A DNA stretch of 64,000 nt, from the NCBI RefSeq assembly GCF_004010195.1, contig NC_057728.1, positions 49,337,065-49,401,064 of the forward strand, written 5' to 3'. The number at the start of each line of letters is the position of its first letter. Positions within the stretch are counted from its first letter, which is position 1. Both the position numbers and the translations under genes were made by a program. Of the stretch, positions 39,930 through 53,262 are shown piece by piece. The notes under the pieces are model-generated. The model saw only the letters and a list, made by a program, of their open reading frames with translations. It was not told where the DNA came from and did no database searches. The stretch comes from Chiloscyllium plagiosum (lineage: Eukaryota).

Positions 39930-40040
39930 ATACTGAAGATATTACCTGGTAGGGTGACGAAACATCTGGAAATGAACCTTTCAGCTCAGCAAGCAAACCT
40001 ACATCCAGAACCACAACCTGAGCTACAAATCTTCTCAAAA
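39930..40040 (+). mobile_element. Penelope-like terminus (family A) with decayed hammerhead
   Basis: CTGAAGA-T-ATTACCT-GGTA-GGGTGAC-GAAAC-ATC, then cagctcagcaagcaaacctaca as in 62650-62700 reversed. Confidence 0.7.
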
Positions 40041-42079
40041 AAAAATACTATGGATGTATCTACACCGCAGGGACTTCAGCAGTTCAAGAAAGCTGCTCCC
40101 ATCAGCTTTCTTCAGTGCTATTAGGGATGGGCAGCACCCACATCCCATGAATGAACGTGTAAAAATGATCTCACAAGCATTCATCTGATAATGTACAGGG
40201 GCTGTTGGTTAAGGGATAAATATTGGCTAAGACAAAGGAGAAATTGCCCCATGCCATTGGCACCATGGGAACTCTGACATCTTTCTGATTAAAGAGAGTC
40301 TGTGTTTAATGGCTAAATCTGAATTATGGCATCTCAGATGGAGCAGCATTTTCTCAGTGTGTGAGGCAGTCTAACTTAAGTGCTTAAGTTTGCGGAGTGG
40401 AACTATGAAGGCAAAAAAACTTCCGACCAGAAGCAAGAGTATTGCCTATAATGTAGTGCCAATGCTGTGGTACAGTGCTGGGGGAGTGCTGCATTGTGGA
40501 AGGTTCCAGTCCTTTGGATGAACCCAAGGTCCAGTCTGATTGACACAAACAGGCAAGAGTAATTATTAGTTATATAAAAGAGAATGCGTGAATTTCAGTG
40601 GATAATAGCAGCAAGGTAAAAATCTTTTAAAAATATCAATCTGAACAAGTTGATGCGACTTTTATTCCTAAAATTATTGACAAGTGTTTACTGTCCACAG
40701 AGCACAGTAATCAGTTCCATTGCTTAGTCTGCTTGTTATCATTTCAGGTAATCACTGTCATAATAAACAATTTTTAAAAAATAATTTGTGCGTGGTGAAT
40801 AATGTATTAAATACCAAACTGGAAAGTCGATCACAGGGCAATCAATGCAGATGTGATTTCAGTTTAATGGTTGCATGATTGGATTCCCATGACATAAATA
40901 TCTGAACCCATTCAGAGGTTCAACATTGTTACAAAGGGCTCAGCTGTGGATAAACATAAATTCCACCCCTCTCACCTCCTATAATTCTCCCTCCTGCTAT
41001 TTAATTCATATAATGTAAAAGCATTGTCAAGTATTAAATCTAAAGAAACAGTTAAGTGTAATTGCCTGTTGTTATTCAGTGCAGACTGGGGAAATGAATT
41101 CTCCAGGTTCAGGTCTGTGAGGGAATTAATTCCTCCTTATCTCTGTTTTATATCAGCCACCTGTCAGTTTAAACCTATGACCTCTTGTTATAGATTTCCC
41201 AATGAGGGGAACCATTAACGCAAGCATCACGTATACCCCAATAAGATCTCCTTTCTTCCTTCAAAGAAAATTTAGTATAGGCCTAAATTTAGTATAGGCC
41301 TAAACTGCTCTATTTCACTTCACAAGACAAGCCTTTCATCTCTGGAATTAATCTGAAGAAACTTTCTCTGAACTGCCTCTAATGCAATTCCATCCTTCTT
41401 CAAGTAAGGGGACCAAAACTGTACACAGTGCCCCAGACACAATTTCAGCAGGCGACAACTACAATTACATCTTTTTATACTCCATTCCTTTAGCAATAAA
41501 TGTTAAACTTAAATTTTCCCTCTTTATTTCCTACTATACCTGCGTATTAGTTTTCTGCGTCTCATGCACCAAAGTATTTTCTGTCCCTTAGATAACAAGT
41601 CGTCTTTTATGCTTCAGCGTCAAAATGGATAGTCATACATCTATCCGTGTTAATCTCCATCTGTCAAATTTTGGCCTATTCACCTAACCTAAGGAAATGT
41701 GCAAATGAATTGGAGGGAAGATGCAAGAATAGTATTTTCAAAAAAACACAAATTCCCTGCAAGTTTTCGAATTCTGGTGTAATCTTTTACATCTATTCAA
41801 CAGGACCAATGGGTTAAATATCTAATCTGAAAATAAAAGTTACTTATGACAATATACCTCTCTCTCACTCCCACTGGAACTATCAAATAACAAAGACTAG
41901 GAGTAGGCTGTTCAAGCCTGTTTCACCATTCAATAAGATTATATATGATTGGATTGTGATTTCAAATCCACATTTCTATCTGATCCGATAGCCTTTCATC
42001 TTTTGCAAAATCTAACACAGTCTAGATTTTGTGGTTGAGTGTCTAGAGTGGGACTTGAATCTACAACTTTTCAATACAC

Positions 42080-42890
42080 TTAGAACATGAGAACATAAGA
42101 AACAGGAGCAGGATTAGGCAATTTGGCCCTTCAAGCTTACCCAGCTCTTCAACAAGATGCTAACTGATCTGACCCAACCTTCAACTCTGCTTTTGTCACA
42201 GCTTGTCATAGCCATCAACTCAGCAATATTTCAAAAATCTATCTACCTTCTCTTTACATACATTCAGTGATTTAGACTCTACAACTTTCTGAGGTAGAGA
42301 ATTCCAGACATTCACTCAGTTTGGAAAAAGAAATTTCTTTGCATCTCAGTTTTAGATGAGTATCTCCTTCTTCTGTTCCATAGTTTGAGATTCACTTATT
42401 AGGGGAAATATCTTCTCAACATCCATCCTGTCAAGTCCCACTCAGAATCTTGTACAGTCGGTTCTGCTATCATGCATGTTACATTATTGTGAATTGGCTT
42501 TAACACGGTTGAAGAATTTAGACTGTTAGTTGTAAATGCAAACTTTCCTTACCTGTATTGGCTATAACGTGATTCCAGCCCCATTAGTTTAAATGGTGCG
42601 GTTATTGCACGGTTTTCTTATAACCCGAGATCACTTGAGAACGGAACTATCGCATTAGATCAGGACCGAGTGTACGTTTCAATGAGATCATCGTTCATTC
42701 TTCTCAACTCTAATGGATAAAGGCCCAACCTGTTTAGCCATTCTGGATAAATCAACCCCTTCATCCCAAGAGTCGACTTAGTGAATCTCTTTAGAACCAT
42801 GTCTAACATCAATACATTCTTAAATATGGGGATCAAACAGTATGTAGTTCTCAAGGTGCAGCCTCAGCAACACCCAATACAGTTGCAACT
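42080..42890 (-). mobile_element. CR1 3' fragment interrupted by a DNA-transposon remnant
   Basis: KRFTKSTLGMKGLIY..RLGLYPLELRRMNDDLIETY; continues on the other side of the 42456-42660 insert. Confidence 0.8.
42456..42660. mobile_element. Tc1/mariner-pogo-type non-autonomous element remnant
   Basis: Begins TA|CAGTCGGTTCTGCTAT, with internal tataac repeats. The second TIR is not evident. Confidence 0.5.
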
Positions 42891-43111
42891 AGATTGTTGA
42901 TGGGCCTTACCGTTGTTTGTGCTTTGAGTGTCAAAGGGAGTGTTTGCATCTGTATACGGGAAAAAATTCTAGGAGTAGGACTTTGCAGAATTTAGCTCTT
43001 GACCTTAGGACCCATACACTAATATAGCCATCTATAAAAATATCACTGACATGTTGCTATCATTGACATGTCTCAGTGGATCATTTGACTGAATTTTCTC
43101 CACTGAAAAGA

Positions 43112-43284
43112 CAGAGGAACCTCGATTATCCGGCATTTGATTATCTGAATTTCGGATTATCCGGACAAGATCGCAAGGTCCCGATGATTGGCTAAACTGG
43201 GTTATCTGGATTCATTTACCCAAACTTTCGATTATCCAAAAAAAACTCCCTATCCAAGGTGTTCGGTTAATCGAGGTTCCTATG
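43112..43284. mobile_element. Tigger/pogo-like MITE
   Basis: 21-bp TIRs cagaggaacctcgattatccg / cggttaatcgaggttcctatg, TA on the right flank, internal gattatc sub-repeats. Confidence 0.8.
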
Positions 43285-43886
43285 TAGTTAACAGATTTTA
43301 CTTTATTCATTGATTCATGGAATGTGGGTTTCAACGTCAAGTTGTCTTTGAGAAGATGGTGGTGAGATGCCTTCTTAAACTCTGCAGTCCATTTGGTGTA
43401 GGGACCTATAATTGAGCCAGATATTACTTGGATACCTGCTGTGGTTTGGAATTCTGACTGTAATATGCAGAAATGAGAACAGAATTGATTTCACTAAGAC
43501 TAGAGGTGTACATCTTTGAGAATGGCATATTCCCAATGATGCAGGAAGAATTTGAGTGCAGTAAAAGGATGTGATGCTGCCTTGGTACCCTCTAAACCCT
43601 TCCTATTCATATACCCATCCAGATGCCTTTTAAATGTTGTAATTGTACCAGCCTCCACCACCTCCTCTGGCAGCTCATTCCATATTCTTATCTTTTCAGC
43701 AATAATCCAATTCCTTTTTGAATCTATCGATTGAAGGTAGTGGTGAAAGGTAGGAGTGGTGATGAGGACAGTGATGGTGAGAATCCCATTGTAGCTAACG
43801 GTCTATTTCCAAGTGTTGCCCAAGTTCAACAAGAAAGGTGTAGAAGCCTTTTCATTTCATTTGAAAAAGTGGCTAAACAAATGAAA

Positions 43887-44020
43887 GAAGATGGGTTCCT
43901 GAAGAGGGTTTATACCTGAAATGTCAACTTCTCCACCTTCTGATGCTGCCTGGCTTGTTGTGTTCTTCCAGCATCCTGCTTGTCTTCTTTGGATTCCAGC
44001 ATCTGCAGTTTGTTTGTCTC
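43887..44020 (+). mobile_element. Short Penelope-terminus insertion within Gypsy gag
   Basis: Exact 12-bp TSD aaacaaatgaaa; decayed core CTGAAGA-GGGT-TTAT-ACCT-GAAAT-GTC. Confidence 0.75.
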
Positions 44021-45450
44021 AAACAAATGAAATGGCTGGTATCCATGTGGGTATTGTTGATCCAAACAAAGTTGGTATGTAGAATTAGTGATATATTTGC
44101 ATTGCAATCAGAGGAGGTATCTGGAGAGGTGAAAAAAGCCATCCCTAAAGTGCATATGAGCTGGTACCAGAAGCCCTTAGAAAATGTTTTAGGAATCCAA
44201 GGACAGAACCTGGTCAAACATACATTGAGTTTGAAAGGATCAAACTATGAAATTTCGATAGGTAGATAAGAGAACTGAAAATAGATCAAACATGTGATGC
44301 TTTTAGAGAGACGATTATTTTGAAGGAGTTCAAAAATTCACTTCCTGCAGTGGTGAAAACTCATGTGGAAGAGTAAAGTGTTAAAACTGTAAGATTAGCA
44401 GCAGAAATGGCTGATGATTATCTGCTGGTACAACCTGATCCAGGACGGTTGAGAAGAATGTACCAGATCTCTTTAAAGAATTTATTTACGTAGATATGGT
44501 TTACTCATGTATACCAGGAGGAGCAGGTAAAGAAATTAAAGCTTTAAGAGAGACAGAAGCAAGTCAATCTTTGATGGGAATGATGAGATGATATGTAAAT
44601 CAGACGGAGTATTGCCAGAAAAGGTGGAAATATGTGGAATTCATGGTGAGAAGCATTCCATTCTATAAAGTGAGGTTGGAAACTCCGGTGAAAAGTGGTG
44701 AAGTGATGGTAGGAGTAATGGAGAAATTCTTGGTTTCGGGAATACAGTTTGTCTTTGGGAATGATATACCTGGATCATAGCTGGGAATGATGCCTACTGT
44801 GGTTGAAAAGTCAGTGGAATATCTGAGGTATTACAGGAAGTATATCCTGTGATTTTTCTTGACTGTTTAGCAACAAGATCACAAAGCCAGAGGAAGAAAC
44901 AGGAGGAATCAAAGAATAAAGATAAGGAAGTTGAAGTTCAATGATCAGAAACTATGTTTGATCAAATGGTTGAGAAAAAACAAGAATAGGCAGAGAACAA
45001 AATGGATATTTTTAATTCAGAGAAATTAGCTGATTAACAACAGAATGAGGAAAAACCAAAAAGCATACACAGAAGCTGAATCTGAGTGTATCCTAGCATG
45101 TTACTATCTTAAGCTTGATGCCTTGATGAAGAAATGGAGACCATCACATATTCAGGAGGATGACAAATGGACAGAAGCTCAACAAATTGATTATAGAAAG
45201 GACGTGTTGTGAATAGCACATGAATTACAGAAGGAAATCATTTGGGAGTAAGGAAAACTCAAGCCAAAATACAAAAACATTTTCACTGGCCTGGATTGCA
45301 TAAGGATGTGGTTGAATTTTGCCAGACATGAAATAACTGTCAGGTAGTTGGAAAAACCTCAGGCAGTGATAAAACAAGCATCCTTAATACCCAGTCCTGC
45401 AGGTGAGGAACCGTTTGCAAGAATCTTGGTTGATTGCAGAAGACCTCCAC

Positions 45451-45682
45451 TGAAATAACTGCATAGAGGCTTGTATCCTGTCACCACGTCACCCTTTATT
45501 TACATGTGCATAGTACATGGGGTCTGACCAGCCAGCTCAAAGCCAGTCCCAGGACTGAGGAGATCTTCTGAATCCCCTCTTTATATCTGTCAGTCAAGGG
45601 TCCCTGCTTGACCCATGGTAACAACCCCAATCAAGAGTCTCCAAGTCAATGAGATCTGCCTGGCCATGGTTCCAATCATACA
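45451..45682 (-). mobile_element. Short solo-LTR-like insertion inside the Gypsy integrase
   Basis: TG..CA ends, minus-strand TATA-like and AATAAA motifs; interrupts ..VDC.. / ..LPK.KGG. TSD imperfect. Confidence 0.55.
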
Positions 45683-46944
45683 CCTACCTAAACAAAAGGT
45701 GGGTGTCAGTATTTGTTGATCATAATGGTTGTGTCTATTAGATTGCCATCCCCTTGCACAGTATCACAGCCAAAAGGATTTTTTTTATGACCTACCCACA
45801 GAAATACAATCGGAACAAAGGTCAAATTTTACATCAAAATTACTCAAGGAAGTTATGGATGGCTTACGAATAAAACAATTCAAATCCACTGCCTACCATC
45901 CAAAATCACAGGGAGCATAAGGACTGTGGCATTAAACTTTAAAGACCACGTCAAGACTATCCAGAGGTGTGGATAAAGGAATTCCATTTGTAATCTTTGC
46001 AATTAGGGGCACACTAAATGAATCAACTAAATTTAGTCTGTTGAGCATGAGGTGAGAGGGCCACTGAAATTAAGGAGAAATTGCTAAGTCAGAGTTCAGA
46101 GATCACACATTTGAACTATGTGTCAAATTTTAGGGAAAGATTAAAATAGAGCAGGTGAGTTGGCTAGACAGCCTTTGAAAGTAGCACAGCACGTGATGGA
46201 TCAGGAAACAGCCAAGAGATCAAAAATTCATAATTTTGCTAGTGGAGATAGTGTTACTCCTAGTGGTAAGTGAACATGTAAAGGTAAGGTTCAGTGGGCC
46301 TTATCAATTTGGAAGGAAATTGAGTAAGGTGAATTATTTTATAATAATCGCAAATAGAAAGAAATTTCACAGACTGTGTCACGTGAATATTCTCAAAAGG
46401 TATTTTGACAGGCAAGGACTGCAAAAGGAGAATGTGTTACTGGTTACAACACAGAGTGAAGAACCAAGTTCAGAGGATTCCGAATTGGACATTCCTGAAA
46501 TAACATTGGACAATGAGGAAGATCTCAAAAATTGGGTTAAATTATTGAGTTACCTTCCAGAGGAAACTCAAAGTGACCTGAAAGAGTTATTACTATCACA
46601 TGGAGGGATATGTGGAAATAAGGTGGGAAGTACTAATCTGATTATGCATGATGTAGATGTAGGAAATGCTGTTCTAATTAAGCAACATCCTTATACCCTT
46701 AACCCTTTAAAGTTGGTACAGGTTCAAAAAGAGATTGAACACATACTCAAAGACAAGATAATCTAAGTGAGTTGCAGCGATTGGAGCTCACCCATAGTAA
46801 TGGTGCCAAAACTAGATGGTACTCAGCAATTTATGTGTGGACAATCACAAAGTCAGTGCAGTTCAAAATCTCTTTCATTCCCTATTCCACATTTGCAAGA
46901 CTGTGTTGAGATGGTGGGGCAAGCAACTTACACTTCCAAGAAGA

Positions 46945-47425
46945 TCAGTACCGAGACAGCATTGCACTGTTGAAAGGTCAGTACTGAGGCAGTTTTGTAC
47001 TCTTATAGGGTCAGTACTGAGGGAGTGCTGCACTGTCTCAGGGTCAGTACTGAAGCAGTGCTGAACTGTTATAGGGTCAGTACTGAGGGAGTGCTGCACT
47101 GTCAGAGGGTCAGTACTGAGGCAGTGCTGCACTGTTATGAGTTCAGTACTAAGGGAGTGCTGCACTGTCAGAGGGTCAGTACTGAGGGAGTGCCGCACTG
47201 TCGGAGGGTCAGTACTGAAGCAGTGCCGCACTGTCAGAGGGTCAGTACTGAGGGAGTGCTGCACTGTCAGAGGGTCAGTACTTAGGGAGTGCTGCACAGT
47301 TGGAGGGTCAGTACTGGGGGAGCATTGCACTGTTAAATGGTCAGTACTGTGGGTGTCCTGCACTATTGGATGGTCAATACTGAGGGAGCATTGCACCTTT
47401 GGAGGATCAGTGCTGAGGGAGCAGT
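46945..47425 (+). repeat. 33-bp minisatellite, ~14.5 copies
   Basis: Unit gggtcagtactgagggagtgctgcactgtcaga, head-to-tail with no spacers. Confidence 0.95.
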
Positions 47426-49308
47426 GCCCTTCTGGGAATTCATGCCATGACTAAACACTATCCTGGGGAACATGAATAAAAGTGAACTGCTATTAATTCA
47501 AGATGCTGTTCTCACAACAAGGGTTCCTGCAGAACAAGAGTGTGGATTCCTGTTAGCACTATAACCCAATGTGGAAATCATTCTGTAAGTAAAGAGATTG
47601 AAGAATATGTAGGTGAGGCGTGCTGTGACATAAGTGTGACCTGAGTTGTCATGTGATAGAGATTCTGATAGAAGATTGGAATTGGAGCTGCTACAGGCCA
47701 AGTGCATGCTGCTAAATCATTGCACATCCTGATAATAAATACTGTTTAATGAAGCAGCTGGAGGTCTGATCTGAAGCTATACTAAAGAAATCTCCATAAC
47801 TCTTCAATACTTCCATTGAATAAAGCTCCATGTTGGAAGCTTCACTGTTCAGAAGTACCTTTTTGTTTAGCACACAGTTCAGTCATGAACTTCTTCTGAG
47901 TTCAGAATTTCTTCTTCTTTGGTACTACCGTACATCAAAAAGCGTCAACAAGGAGATTAAAGGGGCCTGGCAACAGTCTGCACCAACCATAAAAAGCTCT
48001 ACCTGAACCAGTTACAATAGTGTGAACATAAAAGTAACATCCTAAGGCACATCAGACAGTCATCACAAATAAAATAAACGCTGACGTTAAAAAAGGAAAT
48101 GCTTGAAAGGGTGACACATTGTTCAGTCAAAGATTTTGAGAAGAATTATACATGAGAATCACCAAATTATTATGGCACCGAATGAGGTCATTTATGACTT
48201 TGTACAATGTATAACAAAGCATCGAATGCACTCTTAAATGCCTCAAATGAACCTGCTTCCATCACACTTTGCATTCCAAACCCTAAGTACTTGCTACATG
48301 CATTTTTTATAATCACCTCATATTTGCTTCATTGGCAAAAACTATTTAAACTGTTCCTCTGGAGCTTGAGAGGGAATGGCTTCTCCAAATTCCACATGAT
48401 TTTGAAAACTATTACATTCTACTACACACACTTCTGCTGTCTAAGGAATACAGTCCAAACTGCTCCAAGCCATCCTTATAATAGAAAAACAATCATACCC
48501 CTAAACCAACAAGCTGACTGCTGTTTAGGGAGAGTTTTACGGACAGGTTTAGGAATGGGATTCCAGAGCTTGACACCAAAGTGCCTGAAGACAGAACCAC
48601 CAATAATGGAGGATTGCAAACCTCAAAGGGTTGTCAGTTTGAAGGAGGTTTGAAGATGTGAAAGTTTGAAGTCATGGACGTATTTTAAAAAGTAAATGGA
48701 AAAAGAAATACACATGCTGGAAATCAGAAACAAAAACAGAAATTGTTTGAAAAAACTCTGCATGTCTGCCAGCATCTGTGGAGAGAAAGCAGAGATGACA
48801 TTTTGAGTTGAGCGCCCCTGCAGATATTTCTACACAACCAAATCCATTGGCAGACACTAATGGTCCCCATTCTCAACCATTGATTCTCACAGGCTGACCT
48901 TTACCCATTTCTTTTTCTGTCCAACTGTTACTCTCTTTCTTTGGGTTCTTGTCTACCTATTGTTTACTCCTTAACACCACTCGTCCCTCCTTCCCATCTT
49001 CAGCACATCCTTTTCCCGGCTACAATCACTGGACCCGAAACGTTAACTCTGCTTTCTCTCCACAGATGCAGTCAGACTTGCTGAATTTTTCAAGCAATTT
49101 CTGCTTTTGTTAGAAGTATTTTAAAGCATGGGGAAGAACTTGGCATCATGATCCAGTGTAGGTTATAACTGCAGTTGAGATAATGGGTGAATGAGATGTG
49201 AAACAGAAGAAACTGTTGATTAGAATATTGGTTAAGGTGAAAAGTTCCAGTTTAAGGTTAAGTGAACTGTGATTCTAATGTGTGTTTCATGTTGTTAATG
49301 TTTTGTAG

Positions 49309-49386
49309 ACAAAGAATCGAGCAGTGTGAGTCACAACCTCTCCAGTGGGACCAGTTACTACAGCTGTGTCAGTCAGGTCACTGTTG
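49309..49386 (+). CDS. Putative 78-nt internal coding exon of the plus-strand gene
   Basis: Branch-like ttctaat ~30 nt upstream, acceptor ttttgtag|, donor TTG|gtaagt, phase 1->1, (D)KESSSVSHNLSSGTSYYSCVSQVTV. Confidence 0.6.
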
Positions 49387-49532
49387 GTAAGTATTGTTAC
49401 AAACCTAACACTGTGTCAGAGTGTTAGTAAAGTGTGCAGAGCAAAGTGTGCAGAGGACTGTGAAACTTTGCAGAGGAACACAGATACATTGAGTGAGTGG
49501 GTAAAGGTCTGGCAGATGGAATACAATGGTAG

Positions 49533-49754
49533 GAGAAAGTGAGGACTGCAGATGCTGGAGATCAGAGCTGAAAATGTGTTGCTGGAAAAGCGCAGCAGGT
49601 CAGGCAGCATCCAAGGAACAGGAGAATCGACGTTTCGGGCCAGAGCCCTGAAGAAGGGCTTCCTGAAGAAGGGCTTATGCCCGAAACGTCGATTCTCCTG
49701 CTCCTTGGATGCTGTCGGACCTGCTGCGCTTTTCCAGCAACACATTTTCAGCTC
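49533..49754. mobile_element. Fold-back Penelope-terminus insertion (family B)
   Basis: Exact 15-bp TSD ggaatacaatggtag; inverted arms; hammerhead core at 49660-49693. Confidence 0.85.
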
Positions 49755-50090
49755 GGAATACAATGGTAGTAAATGTGAAGTCATCCATTTTGATAAGAGT
49801 AACAGCAAAGTAGATTATTACTTGAATGGTAAAACGTTGCAGTATGCTGCTGTGCAGAGGGACCTGGGTGTCCTTGTGCATGAATCACAGAGGGTTGGTC
49901 TGCAGGTACAAGTAATTAGAAAGGCAAATGGAATTTTGTCCATCATTTCTAAAGGGGTTGAGTTCAAAAGCAGAGATGTAATGTTGCAGCTGTACAAGGT
50001 GCTGGTGAGGCCACACCTGGAATACTGTGTGCAGATTTGGTCTCCTTACTTGAGAAATGGTGTACTGGCACTAGAGGGCGTGCAGAGGAG

Positions 50091-50309
50091 CCGAGAGTGT
50101 GTTGCTGGAAAAGCACAGCAGGTCAGACAGCATCTGAGGAGCAGAAGAATCGACGTTTCGGGCCAGAGCCCTTCAGGAAGGGCCTTGATGAAGGGCTCTG
50201 GCCCGAAATATCAATTCTCCTGCTCCTTGGATGCTGCCTGACCTGCTGTGCTTTTCCAACAACACACTGTCAACTCTGATCTCCAGCATCTGCAGTCCTC
50301 ACTTTCTCC
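50091..50309. mobile_element. Fold-back Penelope-terminus insertion (family B)
   Basis: Inverted arms; flanking duplication ..gtgcagaggag. Confidence 0.8.
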
Positions 50310-52974
50310 AGGGTGCAGAGGAGGTTCACTAGGTTGACTCCAGAGTTGAGGGAGTTAATTTATGAGGAGAGGCTGAGTAGATTGGGATTATAATCATTGG
50401 AATTCAGAAGAATGGGGGAGGGGGGGATCTTACAGAAACATATAAAATTATGAAGGGAATTGATAAAATATAAATAGATAGGATGTTTCCACTGGTAGGT
50501 GAGACTAGGACAAGAGGGCATGGCTTCAAGATTAGAGGAAGCAGGGTTAGAACTGAACTGAGAAGAGACTTCTTCACCCAGAGGGTTGTGAATCTATGGA
50601 ATTCCTTGCCCAGGGAAGTAGTTGATGCTACTTCAGTAATTGCTTTTAAAGCTAAGGTAGATACTTTCTTGAAAATTAAAGGAAGTAAGGGATACATTGA
50701 GAGCGTGGGTAAGTGGAGCTGAGTCCACGAAAAGATTAGCCAGGATCTAATTGAATGGCAGAGCAGGCCTGAAGGGCTGGATGGCCTACTCCCATTCCTA
50801 ACTATAGGAATGTGCTGGGAATCTACCCTCACTACTCCATAAGTCATCATAAATGTAAAAGTGACCAAATTAATCCCTGAGACAGTTAATGTGTCTGATT
50901 TTGACCATTATCTAAGATAAAAGCAACTCACAGTAACATTTATTAATAAACAGGACAACGAAACCACATATTTTATTGTAACATACACATTCCAAAATGC
51001 ATTATTAAATTTACAATATACAAACGTAAACCATATCCCCTTTAAACTCAACAGGTCTGGTAGTGTCTCTGGAAAGAGAAGCAGAGTAAATGTTTTGAGT
51101 CCAACATGACATTTTCAGAACTTTTTTCAGTTTTGTAGAAGAGTCATTTGGACTCGGAACTTTGATTCTGTTTCTCTCTTTACCAATACTGTTTTGTTTC
51201 TCCCGTATTTTCTCTATTTCAGAATTCCAGCATCAACAGTAGTTTGCTTTTATCCAAAAGCTGGACAGTATTTTTTTCACTCAAAGCCACCTGGTCTCAC
51301 AAGAAAATCAAATCCAACTTCTCTGAAAATTGGATTCCTTTGTGTATGCACATAGTAAACACCGCATTGTCCCACTTTTCCTTCAAACTGATAATCCAGA
51401 CCTCCATTTTCCAAATAAAATACATGTAGTCATTACAGTGTGGAGGCTCATCATGCAGATCAATAAATTCAAGCTGTTTGTCTGCCATTCAATGCAGCAG
51501 TGACTATAACAAGCTAAATAGAGAAAGGCATTTAGTTGAATGCAAATCCTTTATAATACCAGGTTGCAAACATTTCTTTAAAGAATTATTTTTCCTGGTC
51601 AATGGTACTGATTAGCCTCCATGCTGGTATGGGTCAGAACAAAGTCTCTGTAATTTCCCCTGACTCAGCATACACAAATACACATGCATACACAGGTAAA
51701 CATGTGTGCACAGACTCACACACACACACGCACACTCATACACAAGCTCAAACACACTGCAAAAGGAACATTTCATCCTATTTCACCCCGTCTCTCTTGT
51801 TTAACTTTGGAAGGAAGTCAGACATCACAAAACCCCATCACCCCAGATAAGTTAAAATTGATTTCTTTCACCACTTACACTGTATAGATGTCAGCACATT
51901 CATGGGTGAGTGATAAAAGTTGGGAGAATGCATAGATTTGTTTTCAGTGATTGCACAGTCTAATTGACAAAGAAAAATACTTACTGTTAGATGTGATTCC
52001 TCAGCCAAGCAACTCTTGCTAAACAATCCTGAGTGTGTTAATAGCTACACTGACAAGCAATTTATTAAAATCAGTCAAGCCTGTAACAGAGTCCATAATT
52101 TGCGTTGGCTAGCTAAGACATATATCCATAAAGAGGAACCTATTTTCTGCATGCAGAATGTGTTCATGCCATACAACCCTTCTGAGTTTCCCAGCAGCTT
52201 GGAGAGCCCATAACTCCTCACTGAGTTCCTAATGTCAACACCTCAGCCAATCCAGGTCAACTTGGTAACCAATTAGCACTCCTTTCTCCTGTAGTAGAAA
52301 TTATTGTCATCATTTGAAATTTGGAGTTATTACTTTTGCCATCATAAAGGCAAAGATGGAATGCCTTGACATATGTCTCTCTTTTCAGCAAGATTGAGTA
52401 ATTGTTGTTGTTGAGGATTCCCCCACCTTTATCATTATGGCTCCATTTTCAAGCTTGATCACTGATGTTAGTAACAAAGGAAGTTCTGTATTTATCAGGG
52501 CCTAGAAAGGAATAATTGGTCTTTACAAAGTAAATAACATGCCCCAAAGCAACTGTTTTCCCAAGCAGGTAAAACTTTAATGTCACTTTATACCTTCAAA
52601 GGACTGTGTCAAAGGGGAAAGGTTATATTTTTATTTCTATTAAGTTGCTATTTATTGAAAATCTGAATTCCTTAAAGTGTTTTAAATTGGTTAATCTTCT
52701 GGCTGGTACTGAGATTGTAAAGGGGGTTAGTAAACTCCACTAGCTAGATGCTGGTTTACAATACAGTTGATATCAATAGAACAAAGCTCACTTTCTGCAC
52801 TGGCTGAGGTTACAATGTAGGTCCCACCTTCTCAACCTCAGCCCTCACCTTAGGCGAAGTGAACTTTTGGTTAAACTCAGCACCAGTCACCTATCTGCAA
52901 TGACAGTGTAGTCCTTTGAGACTATGGCTGCTTTACTGAGACTCACTGACATCAGTGAAGAAATAGCCTGATAA

Positions 52975-53262
52975 AGGGGAAGTTCAAAACTAGAGGGCAT
53001 ATTTCTAAGGTGAAAGGAGAAAGGTTTTAAAAAGGACACAAGGGGCAACTTTTTTACACATAGGGTGGTTTGTGTTTGGAACGAACTGCCAGAGGAAGTG
53101 GTGGATGCAGGTACAGTTGCAACATTTAAAAGACATTTGAATAAGTACCATGAATAGGAAAGGTTTGGAGGAATATGAGCCAAACACGGCAAGTGGGACT
53201 AGTTTAGTTTGGGAACATGACTGGTGTGGGTTTGTTGGACTGAAGGATCTATGACTATAAAG
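52975..53262 (+). mobile_element. CR1 3' end
   Basis: ctagagggcat..ggaacgaactgccagaggaagtggtgg..tctatgact. Confidence 0.85.

Larger units (their letters stand above)
43735..46945 (+). mobile_element. Decayed Gmr1-like Gypsy LTR-retrotransposon internal region (gag/SCAN-like, PR, IN, start of RT)
   Basis: FFISFEKVAKQMKW..WVLLIQTKLV; LRETEASQSL (D[T]GA site); HLGVRKTQAKIQKHFHWPGL; QSEQRSNFTS..STAYHPKSQG; FSGPYQ..HVNILKRY; then KQHPYTLNP..WSSPIVMVPKLDG. Confidence 0.9.
49415..50805 (+). mobile_element. CR1 3' fragment carrying two Penelope-terminus insertions
   Basis: LSEWVKVWQMEYN..KCEVIHF..LYKVLVRPHLEYCVQ..RGHGFKIRG..VVNLWNSLP. Confidence 0.9.

Noticed and set aside
46945..47425. CRISPR-like array or repetitive protein ORFs
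   Set aside because: Units are head-to-tail with no unique spacers and no cas genes, in a vertebrate context. The ORFs arise only because 33 is a multiple of 3.
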